Of a stretch of 64,000 nt of DNA, positions 28,911 to 41,590 are shown one piece after another. Both the position numbers and the translations under genes were made by a program. Source of the stretch: Eledone cirrhosa (taxonomy: Eukaryota). The notes under the pieces were generated by a model. It did not search any database. It saw nothing but the letters and a program-made list of their open reading frames with translations, and was not told the DNA's origin. How positions within the stretch are numbered: the stretch's first letter is position 1; every line of letters begins with the position of its first letter. The stretch covers positions 93,868,001-93,932,000 of the forward strand of contig OZ024744.1 of the NCBI GenBank assembly GCA_964016885.1. The letters run 5' to 3'.

Positions 28911-29491
28911 TGCAATATCTAGCAAGAGGGGATGATCAAGAAACTTCAGAATCCAGTATTATTGAAATTGATCCAAAAGATATCATAAAGGCTAAGAAAA
29001 TTAAAGATGAAGACGAAGCTATCGATTCTGTAAATGAGAACTCTATCACTGAAAAGGAAATAGATAAACAAAATGAAGAGATGGAAAAGAAAACAGACGG
29101 TGCTTATGTTAATGGCAAGAATATGAAGAAACACGAATCAAATAAAAAAGTCGTAAAAACACACCAAAAGAAGTCCAAAGTAAAGCCACCAGGAAATATT
29201 GTAAATCTATCATTGCCTCTTAAAATGATGCGAGATCCGGCAAAACCTAAGACAATATCGAACGCTGTATTAAAGGAGGAAAGGCTGAAAAGGAAACCGA
29301 AGAAAATGCTGAAATCTTATAAAAAGAAGAAGCCGAGTAAAACAAGGAAGGTGAATAAAAAAACAAATAAAAAGAAGATACAATATAAAAAGGCAAAACA
29401 GAATAAGCTTAAAAATAGAAAATATATTAAACACGCCATTCAGGGGAAAAAAAAGAACCAGAAAAAGAAGAGACAAGGATAAATCTAAAGG
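28911..29491 (+). CDS. Orphan protein exon 2: acidic segment followed by an extremely Lys-rich segment
   Basis: Non-repetitive 190-codon ORF that starts right after attttcag, with a strong donor G|gtaagt at 29492. As assembled it stops at 29480-29482; one extra A in 29447-29454 opens it (KKKEPEKEETRINLK) to a phase-1 donor. Confidence 0.75.
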
Positions 29492-30414
29492 GTAAGTCCT
29501 GTTAAAATCTCTCTCTCTCTCTCTCCCTCTCTCTCTCTCTCTCTCAGTCAATCGACAAGATCCTAGACTTCATTTGCCTGCCATGTGGGGCAGACCTAAT
29601 CAAAATAAACCAAAAGAAACAGGAAACAATGTTTCGATTGGTCTTTCCATTGCTGATACTATCTACCAATCAACTCCTGGTAGAAAGAACAAGGTGAAAT
29701 AAAGTGTCTTGCTCAAGGACATAACGCATCACCCGGTTCGAGAATCAAACTCACAACCTCACAATTGTGAATCCAATTCTGTAACTACTAAGCCATACAC
29801 CTTCATTTAAAATATACAGCCTCTTGTAGTTACATAGTTGCTGTATAGCCTTAGATCAGATCTGGTCCTGAAAGGATATGATTAAATACATTCTAACTGT
29901 GACCACTGTGGTCTGAAGTGATTAGACTTACCTTCCATCTCTGATGAGGATAATAGAACCTCTCTCACTCACGTTCGCACACAACCAAGTCCTGGGGGGA
30001 AAAAGGTAGTCAATAGGCCCTGAACCCTTATGTGACCTCATTCATCCTTCTATTTTGTTTCCGGTAAAGTGCCTCCTCCCCCCCTCCCCCAACTTCCGCA
30101 GGCCCTCCTAAGCAGCCCCACAACCACTACATTTTTTATTCAAATATAATTGTTTCTACTTTTGGCTCAAGGCCAGCAATTATCCCAGTGTATTACTGGT
30201 ACTTTATTTTATCGACCCCGTAAGGATGAAAGGTAAAGTGAACCTCGGCAGGATTTGAACTCAGACCGTAAAGGGCCCGTAACTCTTTGCTGCAAAGCAT
30301 GGCATCCGACGCTCTACCGATACTACCAATCCACCTCCCTTTCAATAATAGCCTATTAGGTGCCAAGACAAAATGTTGTTGCAATGTTGCAAAGTGAAAG
30401 GTGATCCTCTAGAT

Positions 30415-31057
30415 CAGGGATGTGCAACATGTCGCCCACGAGCCACAATCCGGCGCGCCAGACCAGTCAGAGTGACCCGCGATGACCATTTTTAATTTTT
30501 ACCTTGTAGGTTTATTTAAAATTTTTTTCGTAACCGTAATACAATTCTCTGTTAGTTGACCTATATTAAAGGACTTCACTGATAGGGTTATGTGTGTTAT
30601 AATTTCCCAGTTCCATGTTATGGAAAGAAGTTGTGGTTAATCTTTGGAATAGTGTTTAATAAATATTAATGGCCCTAATAGTTGTTCTGATAGGGTTATG
30701 TGTGTTATAATTTCCCAGTTCCATGTTATGGAAAGAAGTTGTGGTGTATCTTTGGAATAGTGTTTAATAAATATTAATGGCCCTAATAGTTGTTCTGATT
30801 TGGTTATGTGTGTTATAATTTCACAGTTCCATGTTATGGAAAGAAGTTGTGGTGTATCTTTGGAATAGTGTTTAATAAATATTAATGGCCCTAATAGTTG
30901 TTCTGATTTGGTTATGTGTGTTATAATTTCACAGTTCCATGTTATGGAAAGAAGTTGTGGTGTATCTTTGGAATAATGCTTAATAAATATTAATGGCCCT
31001 AATAGTTGTTCCAATGTTCAAAAGTGGCCTGCCAATGGAATATGTTGCACACCCCTG
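30415..31057 (+). mobile_element. hAT (Charlie-like) MITE with four internal 108-bp tandem units
   Basis: TIR cagggatgtgcaac/gttgcacacccctg; 8-bp TSD ctctagat/gtctagat; units start at 30579, 30687, 30795 and 30903. Confidence 0.9.
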
Positions 31058-34019
31058 GTCTAGATAGATAGGCTGTGGTTTGGCAGAGTCATAGAATGTC
31101 AGATAGAATGCTTTGCAGTATTTGTTTTGGTTCTTGCTGCATGCATGCATGATCCCTGAACTCCTGAGGAGTCATAGGGGTGTTATAGTGATGTTTCTTG
31201 GGAATTTTAATCCCAGCAGAACCCATCCCTCTCTAGTTATGAATACAGCAGATTTCTTCCAGAGCAGGATAGAAAGTAAGAAAGAAGTGAGAAAGAGATG
31301 TAGAGGCAGAATCAACCCCAGTATTAGACTGGTATTTTTTTATCAAACTCGTGCGACATGAAGAGGAGGCGCGGGGTGTACTTGGAATAGGAGCATTTCC
31401 TAATAAAGTCAGATAAACTATCGTCAGAGAGTGAAAAACAAAACATCTTCAGATGTCTGATCTGTCTTTGATTATCATGGGTGAGAAACACTATGGTGGC
31501 TGGATCATTAAACCATTTATATACATTATTAGCTAAAAACTAAAAATACAGCGTTAGGGAACTACATGACCACTTAGTCACACCTCATAGTATGACTTGT
31601 CAAATATTTTAATAAGGTCTAATATTTTGTCAAAGATCAGTATTACACAGACCACTCCCTTTAATATTTTGTCAAAGATCAGAATTACACAGATCACTCC
31701 CTTTAAATACACTAACACTTTTGCAAATACTCCACGTATACTTAGGCAGTAGAACACGATTGGTATTTTTTAGCTGATTTTACGGTATCTGAAATATGTG
31801 TGCCAGATGTTTGGGCAGGGGTGCAATTTCACTGCTTGCTATAGGTGCTATTTTTCCTAGTCATGTCTCTGGTTCACATATATACAAACATAAATATACA
31901 TATATAAGCTGATGCTGAGGCATATAGACAATATGCCCCCACCCTCCCACAGCAAAGTTGTTGTAGAGGTATCACGACAAAAAAGCACCCAGCCCACACT
32001 GTAAAGTGGCTGTGTAGGCACCACAGTAATAAAGCACCCAGCACTCACCGTAAATGAGGTTGGTGTTAGGAAGGGCATCCAGTCGTAGAAATCAAAACAG
32101 AATCAGTTCCCATATGAGCAAGACATGGTCAGCCGACCGGACACTGCCCACAACAGGACAACCCGTCTAACCCATGCTAGCGTGGAAGAACGGACGTAAA
32201 ATAGTGATGATGATGGTGTTGACACACACCATGCATTTCCTATCTCAGTCCCATTGCTACAATAAAAAGTTGGCTTTCCAATCACAAGGTCCTGAGTTCT
32301 AACCAGACATTTGTCCCTATAAATAGTTATTTCTCCAAACTTATTCATATATCTGTATGTCACTTGTACTTATATGATGAACATTTATATAATTATACCT
32401 TAGAAATCTATTATTAAAATATCATTTTTATCTTTAACCACTTCCATGTGTCAGTAATCAATATAAACTATAGGGTTTCTCTTATGCAAAATATAAATTT
32501 GTCAAAATGAAAATTTCCCTGTTTGTATCATTGTTCATATATCCAGTAATCATGCTATACATGGCATACCAATTGTGGACTAAAATAATTAAATACATTT
32601 TTACCAGGTGGTGCTTTTAAGTTAGATATGGCCTGGGCCAATACTGGCCAAAACTTATCAAAGTTACCAAAGTACATTCAACACTATTGTTGTCAGTAGG
32701 GTGTCTGACAACATGCTTTTCAGCATATAGTTATATCTCTTTATAGGCTGAGTTCAAATTCCACCAAATTAGCTTTGCGTTTCATGCTTACAGGGGTCGA
32801 TAAAATAAAGTACCAGGTATGCACTAGGGTCGATTTAATTGACTTTCCCCTCCCCCAAAATTGTTGACCTTGTGCCTAAATCAGAAACCATTATTGACAG
32901 CACTGGTCCACTAGTTTCTAATAAAAGATGCTGTTCATGAGGTTCAACTCATTTGGAAATATAATCAAGAATTTCAAGGGATTTAGTAATATAAATTCCC
33001 CATTATTTATCTATTTATCTAGTGTTTCAAAGTGATTATATTTATCTAAAGACGTTCTATCATAAATTTATACAAGAACCTTTGTTAAGTTATGTTCCAA
33101 ACACCAGCTTAATAATTTTCAAAATTATTTAAAAACCATAGGCAGTGTTTTTCATAAGAAATATGGTAACAAAAGGTTTAACCCTTTAGTATTTAAACCA
33201 GCCATATCCGGCCAGTATTCTCTCACCTGTTTCTGTTTAAACCAGTTGTAACCGACCACTCATACTTATGTTAAGGTATTGTTCTAAAAAAAAAATATCA
33301 AAATCTCATATTCGATATTATGTGAGATAATTATGTGAGGTAAAGCCTTTACCATGAAAATAAAATAGTATATATATAGAGTAATGTAAATGTTATGTGA
33401 GGTAAAGCCTTTACCGTGAAAATACAATAGCAAATATAGAGTAATGTAAATGCTAAAAGGTTAAAGTATATATATGTTAAGGTTATACATGTCTGTGGAA
33501 TACTCAGCCACTTACATTAATATACAACATAGACTGTACCTGTAATTCTAAAAGCCAGCCTTGTCACACACTGTATCATACTGAATCTCCCTGAGAATTA
33601 CATTAAGTATACATATGTCTGTGGAATACTCAGCCACCAGCAAGTTAAATTCAGGAGCAGACTGTGTTCTGTTGTTCAAACAACTGAAACATTCACTGTC
33701 AAAACCGATGGAAGTCCAATAACAGCATTCCAGTGATACACTTGGGTAAAGACGTCCAACAACAACAAAGCTACACCATTACATTTGTTGAATATTCTGT
33801 TTCGTTCATATTTATTTTATTTGTTTTTTTCCTCTATTTTTGTTTTATTTATATATTTATTATTTATTTATTTATATATTTATATATTTATTTATTTATA
33901 TATTTATTTATTTATATATTTATTTATATGTCTATTTTTTATTATTATTTATTTATTATTTATTTATTATTTATTTATTATTTATTATTATTTATTTATT
34001 TATTTATTTATTATTATTG

Positions 34020-35280
34020 AAAACTAGGAGTAGATGAATGGCTTGTGAGAGCCATGTATAAAGAAACAGTCAGCAAGGTTAGAATTAACAACAAATATAG
34101 TAAAGAGTTTAGCGTAAAAGTTGGTGTTCATCAGGGCTCCGTCCTTAGCCCCCTCCTATTTATTATCGCCCTCCAAGCTATAATGGAGGAGTTCAAGACC
34201 GGCTGCCCATGGGAACTCCTATATGCAGATGATCTAACGCTCAAAGCCGAATCAATGGCTGAACTAGAGAAGAAATTCCAAACATGAAAGCATGGCCTAG
34301 AATCAAAAGGCCTTAAAGTTAACTTGTCTAAGACTAAAGTTCTAATATGTAGGAAGGAGAATAGGGCACTGGTCCCATCTGGGAAATGGCCATGCTCAAT
34401 GTGTAGGAAAGGAGTAGGCAGAAACTCCATTTTATGTCCCAAATGCAAAGTATGGGTGCATAAAAGATGTAGTGGGATCACAGGTAAGCTAACTAAGAAT
34501 ATATATTTTATATGTGGCCGGTGCTCTGGTGCAATAAGTAGCAGCAAGTGCCCAGAGAATACTAGCTCATTCCATTGCACAGATGGTTCTATAGAAATAG
34601 TGGACACCTTCCGTTACCTGGGTGACAAAATCAGCAGTGGTGGAGGGTGCTCCGAAAGTACTGTAGCTAGAGTCCGAATGGGATGGAAAAAGGTCAGAGA
34701 GCTTATACCACTATTGGCCACTAAAGGTTTCTCTCTAAAAATAAAAGGCAGGCTGTATGATGCCTGCATATGAACAGCAATGTTACATGGCAGTGAGACA
34801 TGGGCCTTGTGTGCAGAGGATATACACAGACTGGAGAGGAACGAAGCTTGCATGCTCCGTTGGATGTGTAATAGTAATATACGCCAACGGCAAAGCATAA
34901 ATGAACTAAGTGAGAAATTAGGAATAAGAGGGATCAGATGCTGTTTACTCGAGAGAAGACTACGTTGGTATGGTCACGTGATGCGCATGAAAGATGACAG
35001 CTGTATAAAAAAGTGCAGGGCGATCAAAATAGATGGTAGCTACGGAGTAGGCAGACCCAGAAAAACCTGGGACGACCTGATAAATTCCGACCTCACACAC
35101 TTACACCTCTTCAAGACAATGTCACTGGACCGAGATCTTTGGCGGTACGTCGTAATACAGAAGACCCGCCTTGCCTAAGTACAAAGCGAAACCTACAGTC
35201 AGTAGGCACCTCTTAACCAAAATACACCCCCATCCCACTACCCCTACCCCCACTGCCATCTACACCACCCCTTTTGAAAG
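34020..35280 (+). mobile_element. RTE LINE 3' half with a PHD-like zinc finger inside the RT
   Basis: GVHQGSVLSPLLF, LLYADD, KTKV, then KWPCSMCRKGVGRNSILCPKCKVWVHKRCSG...FICGRC, then FRYLGD, LHGSETW, RLRWYGH. Internal stops present. Confidence 0.9.
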
Positions 35281-35605
35281 CTATGTTGTGTATTATTGTT
35301 ATTTATTTATATAAGGGCGGTGGATTGGCAGTATCGGTAGAGGGTCGGACGCCATGCTTTCCAGCATAGTTACGTCCCTTTACGATCTGAGTTCAAATCC
35401 CGCCGAGGTTGACTTTGCCTTTCATCCTTACGGGGTAGATAAAATAAAGTACCAGTAATGCACTGAGTAATTGCTGGCCTTGTGCCTAAAGTAGAAACAG
35501 TTATTTATTTATTTATATATTTATTTATTATTTATTGCTATTTATTTATCTATTTATTAATATATTTATTATTTATTTATTTATTATTTATTTATTTATT
35601 TTCAG

Positions 35606-35668
35606 ATTTGTCTTTTTGCCCCCAAGAAGAAAAAACAAAATATATTAATTTCAGAAAAAATAATTACT
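35606..35668 (+). CDS. Possible additional or alternative exon of the orphan gene (DLSFCPQEEKTKYINFRKNNY)
   Basis: Good acceptor ttttcag, phase 1-1, donor T|gtaata. Joining it directly to 40543 makes TAA, so it is uncertain. Confidence 0.35.
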
Positions 35669-35944
35669 GTAATATCAGCAATTGGAATTCTAAAACTTTA
35701 TTAATATATTACGAATCAAAGATTCATTTGAATAAAATATTCTTATGATACACTTTCTTTTAGTTTAATTTTCTAAAATAACTATTTTGGTCAGCAGTTT
35801 CTGCTTCAGTTGTTAAATGCTGTGAGTGAAAGTGCCTTGAAGTGGCACCAGGTGGCAGAAGGATCCCTTGATTCAATCAAGGGATTATATTAGTTATCTG
35901 TGCAATGAAGGAGGCCTACAAAGCTTAGCTTGGAAATAATTCCT

Positions 35945-36250
35945 CCTGTTTATCTCCATCTCCACCACCACCACCAATCTCTGTTCATCTCCATCACCAC
36001 CACCACCACCAATCTGTCAGTCTCCATCATCACCACCACCACCACCACCAATCTCCATCTCCACCACCACCACCACCACCAATCTCCACCCCCACCACCA
36101 CCAATCTGCCTATTTCCACCACCACCACCACCACCACCACCAATCTGCCTATTTCCACCACCACCACCACCACCACCACCACCAATCTGCCTATTTCCAC
36201 CACCAATCTGTCTATCTCCATCACCACCACCACCAATCTCTGTCTATCTC
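35945..36250. repeat. (CCA)n-based compound repeat
   Basis: Direct reading. Confidence 0.9.
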
Positions 36251-36489
36251 TACTGTAAAGTGGTCATGCTGGTGTCATGACAAAAGCACCCAGTATACAC
36301 TATAAAGCGGTGGTGCATGTATCAACAAAAAGCACCCAGCCCACGCTGTAAATGTGGTTGGCGTTAAGAAAGGCATACAGCTGTAGAAACCAAGACAGAA
36401 ACTGTTCTGTATGGGAAAAAACATGGTCATCTGACCTGGCTTGCATGGTAAACGGTGGTGATAATGATGATGATGATGATAATGATAAA

Positions 36490-36745
36490 ATTACAACAGT
36501 CCGTCTGAAGAAGGAGCCCCGCGAGGTAGGGTGGCTGTTGCAACGGGTGTCACTGACTATTGTCCGCGGGAATACTTTTACGGTCTTGTCTGCAGGGCGC
36601 AACCCCAATACTGTCGCTGCCTAGGCCTAGACCCCACTCGCCTCCCCCTTCCCCCTCCCATTCTTCTGTGACCCTAGAGCCCTAGCCTTTCCCTTCTTTT
36701 TCCGTTTTCATAACCACAAAAGACACTTGCATTTTTTAAAATAAA
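36490..36745 (+). mobile_element. CRE-like non-LTR retrotransposon 3' end (RLE C-terminus)
   Basis: EPREVGWLLQRVSLTIVRGNT resembles the CRE-clade terminal QR(L/I)SxxxxRGN motif; stop at 36622-36624, then a short UTR. Confidence 0.65.
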
Positions 36746-38514
36746 ACGATGTTTGATTTGTACTATCATCAAATATATATTTTACAGAACATTAGCAGAC
36801 TGTAACATATCAATCAACAACCATATAATACGAATAATGCGATTGGTCAATTACTTTATCACGCTGTTTGTGATTGGTTGAACAAACTATCTAAAAAAAC
36901 ATAGGAACAGGAATTATAAAGAGAAACTATATGTATTTATATATATGTCCACATCAATGTGTTACTTTTAGCGATAGTGGGGCAATCAGTTTTGTAATGT
37001 GTATAATTTTCTAAGAATAATCACATATAAATTAAGTTACGTCCAAATGTGTCCAAATGTGTTGGATGATAATCAAAAACTAAACATGTAAATGTGATAT
37101 AAACCCTATGTCTTATTACTTATAACATGTTAGTAAGAAAATATTGTGGAAAATATATTAGTTTTATATTACGAAATTAATTTTTTTTTTAATCGCAGGA
37201 AATATACGTAGCTAAACCCATCTGTAATGAAATTTAATATATTTTTATAAACGTTACTGGTTGCCTTAACTTAGCTGTTCTTTTTCCGAAGTATATAAAA
37301 TATATAGGTTAGCCTGCTCTAGATTTCTCACAGTTCACAGTCTAATTACATCTAAGCTTAAAACAATTCAAATTTACAGAATATACTCTCGGGTCACGAA
37401 TAATGACCCCCACCTCCCCTCTCCCTCCAGCGCTTATTAAATTTTGCTAATCTATCTCCGGACGAAATTTTATTTTAAGTGGTTTGTATTTCTGCAACAA
37501 AAATACATTACTAGGAACCCGATTCGTTATAAAAATAAATTCGATAAAAAAAAAAATGTAAACTAAGCGACTAATTCTGGTTTTAAAAAATCAACAGATA
37601 CAACCTACAAAATTACCGACCCCGTCCTCGCCTATTCCACCCCAGGGGTCGTGTAGGTAATATAACAAAAAACACTCAGCACACACTGAAAATGTGGTTG
37701 GTGTTAGGAAGGGCATCCAACCATAGAATCCAAGTCAGAAACAGTTCTGTATGAACAAGGCACAATCACCAGACCCAAATTGCCTCAAACGGGACAACTT
37801 GTCTAACCCATGCTAGCATGGAAAATGGAGGTTAAATGATGATGATGATGATATGTATGTATATCATCATCCTTACCATCACCAATTAACGTCCATTTGT
37901 GCATGCTAGCATGGGTTAAACGAGTTGTCCCATTATGAGACAAGCCAGATCAGATGACTGTCTTGCTCATACAGAACTGTTTCTGTCTTGGTTTCTATGG
38001 TTCGATGCCCTTCTTAACACCAACCACATTTGCAGTGTGAGTGTGTACTGGAAGCTTTTTATCAGGGCATAATGCCAGTAATTGTGATGGAGGGAAAAGT
38101 TGATAACATAAACCCAATACTTGTCTAGTATTTTATTTTATTAGAAGGACGAAAGGCAAAGTTGACCTAGGTGGGATTTGAACTTAGCATATAAAGAGCC
38201 AGAACAAATAAGGTTAAGCATTTATCTAATACTCTAACAACTCTGCCACTACAGCAACTGCAACAGCAACAGCAGCAGAAACCAGGCCTATGAGAGTGGG
38301 AGGGGGGGGGGGTCCAGCCCGTAATTTGTTCTGGGGCCCAAGAGCTAAGAAAGCTCCACAGTAACCATACAACATTTTTGCCAGCTTGGAGCCCTAAAGG
38401 GGTCTTGTACCACTTTTCAAAATTTCTCTTGGAAGCCCTGGCAGAAACAACAACAACAGCAACAACAACAACAGCGGCAGCAGCAGCAGCAGCAACAACA
38501 ACAACAACAACAAC

Positions 38515-40460
38515 AGGACATAGGCATTGAATTCTTTATAAGAAAATATGGGAAGGGGAGAAGAGTCCCATATAACTATAATTGAATTACCATTTAGTGA
38601 ACGATAGAATGATCCAAGAGATGGTGGGTACAAATATCTAGGAATCCTAAAGATCCATGAGGCATTGTATGGACCAATAAAATACAATATATATGAATAT
38701 ATGTATATTTATACAAGCTAAAACTTCTTCGTTAACCCTTTAGTATTTACATTACTCTATATTTACTATTGCGTTTTCACGGTAAACACTTTATTTCACA
38801 TAATTATTTCACATAATATTGAGTCTACGAGATTTGGATGTTATTTATTTTGAGAACAATACCTTAACATAAGTATAAGCAGCCAGTTATGGCCTGTTTG
38901 AACAGAAGGAGATGAGAGACTTCAGGCCAGATACAGCTGGTTGACAAGAAACTTCATTCTTGCAGTAAATATCTGAACTGTATCTATGATATGGTACAAT
39001 GCAGAGATACTCAAGTGGATGATTCAGGTTGAAATTGATGAGAAAGATCACAGAACAAGAAAAACGATGACCATATTAACCTCTTCAGTGCCATAGACGA
39101 GATAACTCGTCCTAACATGTATGCATTCCAGTGCCACAGACGAGATAACTCATCCTAATATGTTTGAACTCTTTTCCAACAGTTCTTACTTCAAAGTTAT
39201 GAACTCGTTTCCAACGGTTCATAACTTCAAAGTTATGAACTCGTTTCCAACAGTTTATAACTTCAAAGTTACGAACTTGTTTCGTAACTTCAAAGCTAGA
39301 TGGGGTTATTAGTTTATTGATGTGATGTTTGTCAATCATTCAGATATGTGTTGTTAATAAATGTTTGTTTAAAAAAATAGTCATTTTACTGAAAAAAAAC
39401 AAAAAAAACAGCACAGCAACTGTAGCTGTGAAAAATATATGTGGCAGTCAACAGGTTAAGGCATTATTACATCCAAAAGGGTGGTGGATAAAGTAACAGT
39501 CACACACTAGGATAGATTAAAACAACTTTTCCGTCCCCCAAAATTGGTGGCCTTGCGCCTAAATCAGAAACGATTATTTTAAGGGTGGTGGATTGGCAGT
39601 ATCGGTAGAGTATCAGACAACATGCTTTGTGGCATAGAGTTACAACCTGTTACATTCTGAGTTCAAATCCCGCCGAGGTTAGCTTTACCTTACATCCTTA
39701 TGGGGTTGATAAAATAAAGAACCAGTCATGTGCTGAGGTAGATTTAATAGACTTTCTCCTCCTCCAAAATTACTGGCCTTGTGCCTAAATCAGAAACCAT
39801 TATTACCTCCAAAATCAAGTACAAATTTGCAGTACACAAAAGGCACAGTTAGAGGAAGAAGATGACAAGTGTTATAGAATGTATCAAGAATGAGAAACGA
39901 ACCATTAATAACCATGTGATAAATAGTCAAGAAAGTCATTCAGCAGTGAAGGGCCTAGAAAAGGGAAAGGGAAAGAGTAAAGGAGAGATTAAAAGGAAAG
40001 TCCAGTGGGGGGGGGGGGGTTTGCCCCCCCCCCCCCCCTATAATTATATTTCTCTCCCCAAACTACCAAAACACACATCTATTTGTATATGAGCTACAAT
40101 TTAAGGATATGTTATCAAAGTTTTTTTTGTATAACTTGCTTGATATGTTATAATAACAGCTAAAATAATTATTAAATTTACCAAATTTACCCCCCCCCCC
40201 CCCGCCCTCCCACCAATTCAAGAATGCTTCCACCACCCCTTGAAGTCACTGCAGAGATAAGAGAAGTTGTAGTTGGAATGACATTGCATGACCAATTTGA
40301 GCAATAGGTATCTGAACTGAAGACTGAAAGGTCTTGGGATCGGCTGTAATCACAGTGATCTGAAACTGGAGACTGAAGCACTGTTGATAATCAACTTAAG
40401 ACCAAGCTTTCAAACGGACTTGAGGAATAGATCAAAATAAGAACTGCTATCTGAGTAGAA
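38515..40460 (+). mobile_element. Dong/R4 LINE relic fragmented by MITE and SINE insertions
   Basis: Colinear pieces: DIGIEF..GGYKYLGIL (38515-38655), NFILAVN..WYNAEILKW..RTRKTMT (38945-39075), LHPK (~39470), SVIECIKNEKRTINNHVINSQE (39862-39935), DLKLETEALLI (~40355-40390). Confidence 0.75.
39076..39459. mobile_element. piggyBac-like MITE (ttaacctcttcagtgc...gcagtcaacaggttaa)
   Basis: TTAA-bounded. A reverse copy is nested inside another MITE at 61532-61759. Confidence 0.75.
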
Positions 40461-40542
40461 TTACCATATATACTTGAATATAAGCCGACCCCACTATTTT
40501 ATGTCTCAGAAATGGGCAAAAATCCAGACTTTATTTTTGTAG

Positions 40543-40600
40543 AATTTGAAGTTGGTGAAAATCGTCAAAATATTGAAATTTACAGCTCACATCTATGCAG
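40543..40600 (+). CDS. Orphan gene internal exon (E)FEVGENRQNIEIYSSHLC(S)
   Basis: Acceptor ttatttttgtag, donor CAG|gtttag; phase 1->2 bridges exon 2 and exon 42964. Confidence 0.55.
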
Positions 40601-40734
40601 GTTTAGCTGGCCTCTCACAAAACTGCATCTGATTCTCTTGGGTCCCAAATAATAGTGGGTTGGAAATGTGGCGATGGGTGGAGTTGGACATTTGCTTAAA
40701 TTCTTATAAGGGTGGGGGGTTAGTAATAGTATAG

Positions 40735-41590
40735 TGTACTAAAGTTCTAGTATGTAGGTAGGAAAATAGGGCACTGGTCCCCTCTGGGAAATGGCTATGC
40801 TCAGTGTGTAGGAAAGGAGTAGGCAGAAACTCCATTTTATGTCCCAAATGCAAAGTATGGGTGCATAAAAGATGTAGTGGAATCACAGGTAAGCTAAGAA
40901 CATAGATTTTATATGTGGGCAGTGCTCAGGTGCAATAAGTAGTAGCAAGTGCCCACAGGATACTAGCTCATTCCATTGCCCAGATGGTTTTATAGAAATA
41001 GTGGACACCTTCCGTTACCTGGGTGACAAAACCAGCAGTGGTGGAGGGTGCTCTGAAAGTACAGTAGCCAGAGTCAGAACAGGATGGAAAAAGACTGGAG
41101 AGCTTATACCACTATTGGCCACTAAAGGTTTCTCGCAGACTAGAGAGGAATGAAGCTTGCATGCTCCGCTGGATGTGTAATAGTAATATACGCCAACGGC
41201 AAAGCATAAATGAACTAAGTGAGAAATTAGGAATAAGAGGGATCAGATGCTGTTTACTCGAGAGAAGACTACATTGGTATGGTCACGTGATGCGCATGGA
41301 AGATGACAGCTGTATAAAAAAGTGCAGGGCGATCAAAATAGACGGTAGCTATGGAGTAGGCAGACCCAGAAAAACCTGGGACGACTTGATAAAATCCGAT
41401 CTCACACACTTACACCTCTCCAAGACAATGTCACTGGACTGAGATCTTTGGCGCTACGTAGTAATACAGAAGACCTGCCTTGCCTAAGTACAACGCGAAA
41501 CCTACAGTCAGTAGGCACCTCTTAACCAAAATACACCCCCATCCCACTACCTCTACCCCCACGACCATCTACACCCCCCCCTTTCGATGT
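40735..41590 (+). mobile_element. Second, internally deleted copy of the PHD-bearing RTE
   Basis: Near-identical to 34335-35280, with a deletion around 41135. Confidence 0.9.

Noticed and set aside
35312-35405. tRNA gene
   Set aside because: Box A/B present, but it is the head of a multi-copy SINE with no clean cloverleaf.
38966-39027. Apparent host exon KYLNCIYDMVQCRDTQVDDS
   Set aside because: Another frame is colinear Dong/R4 LINE sequence.
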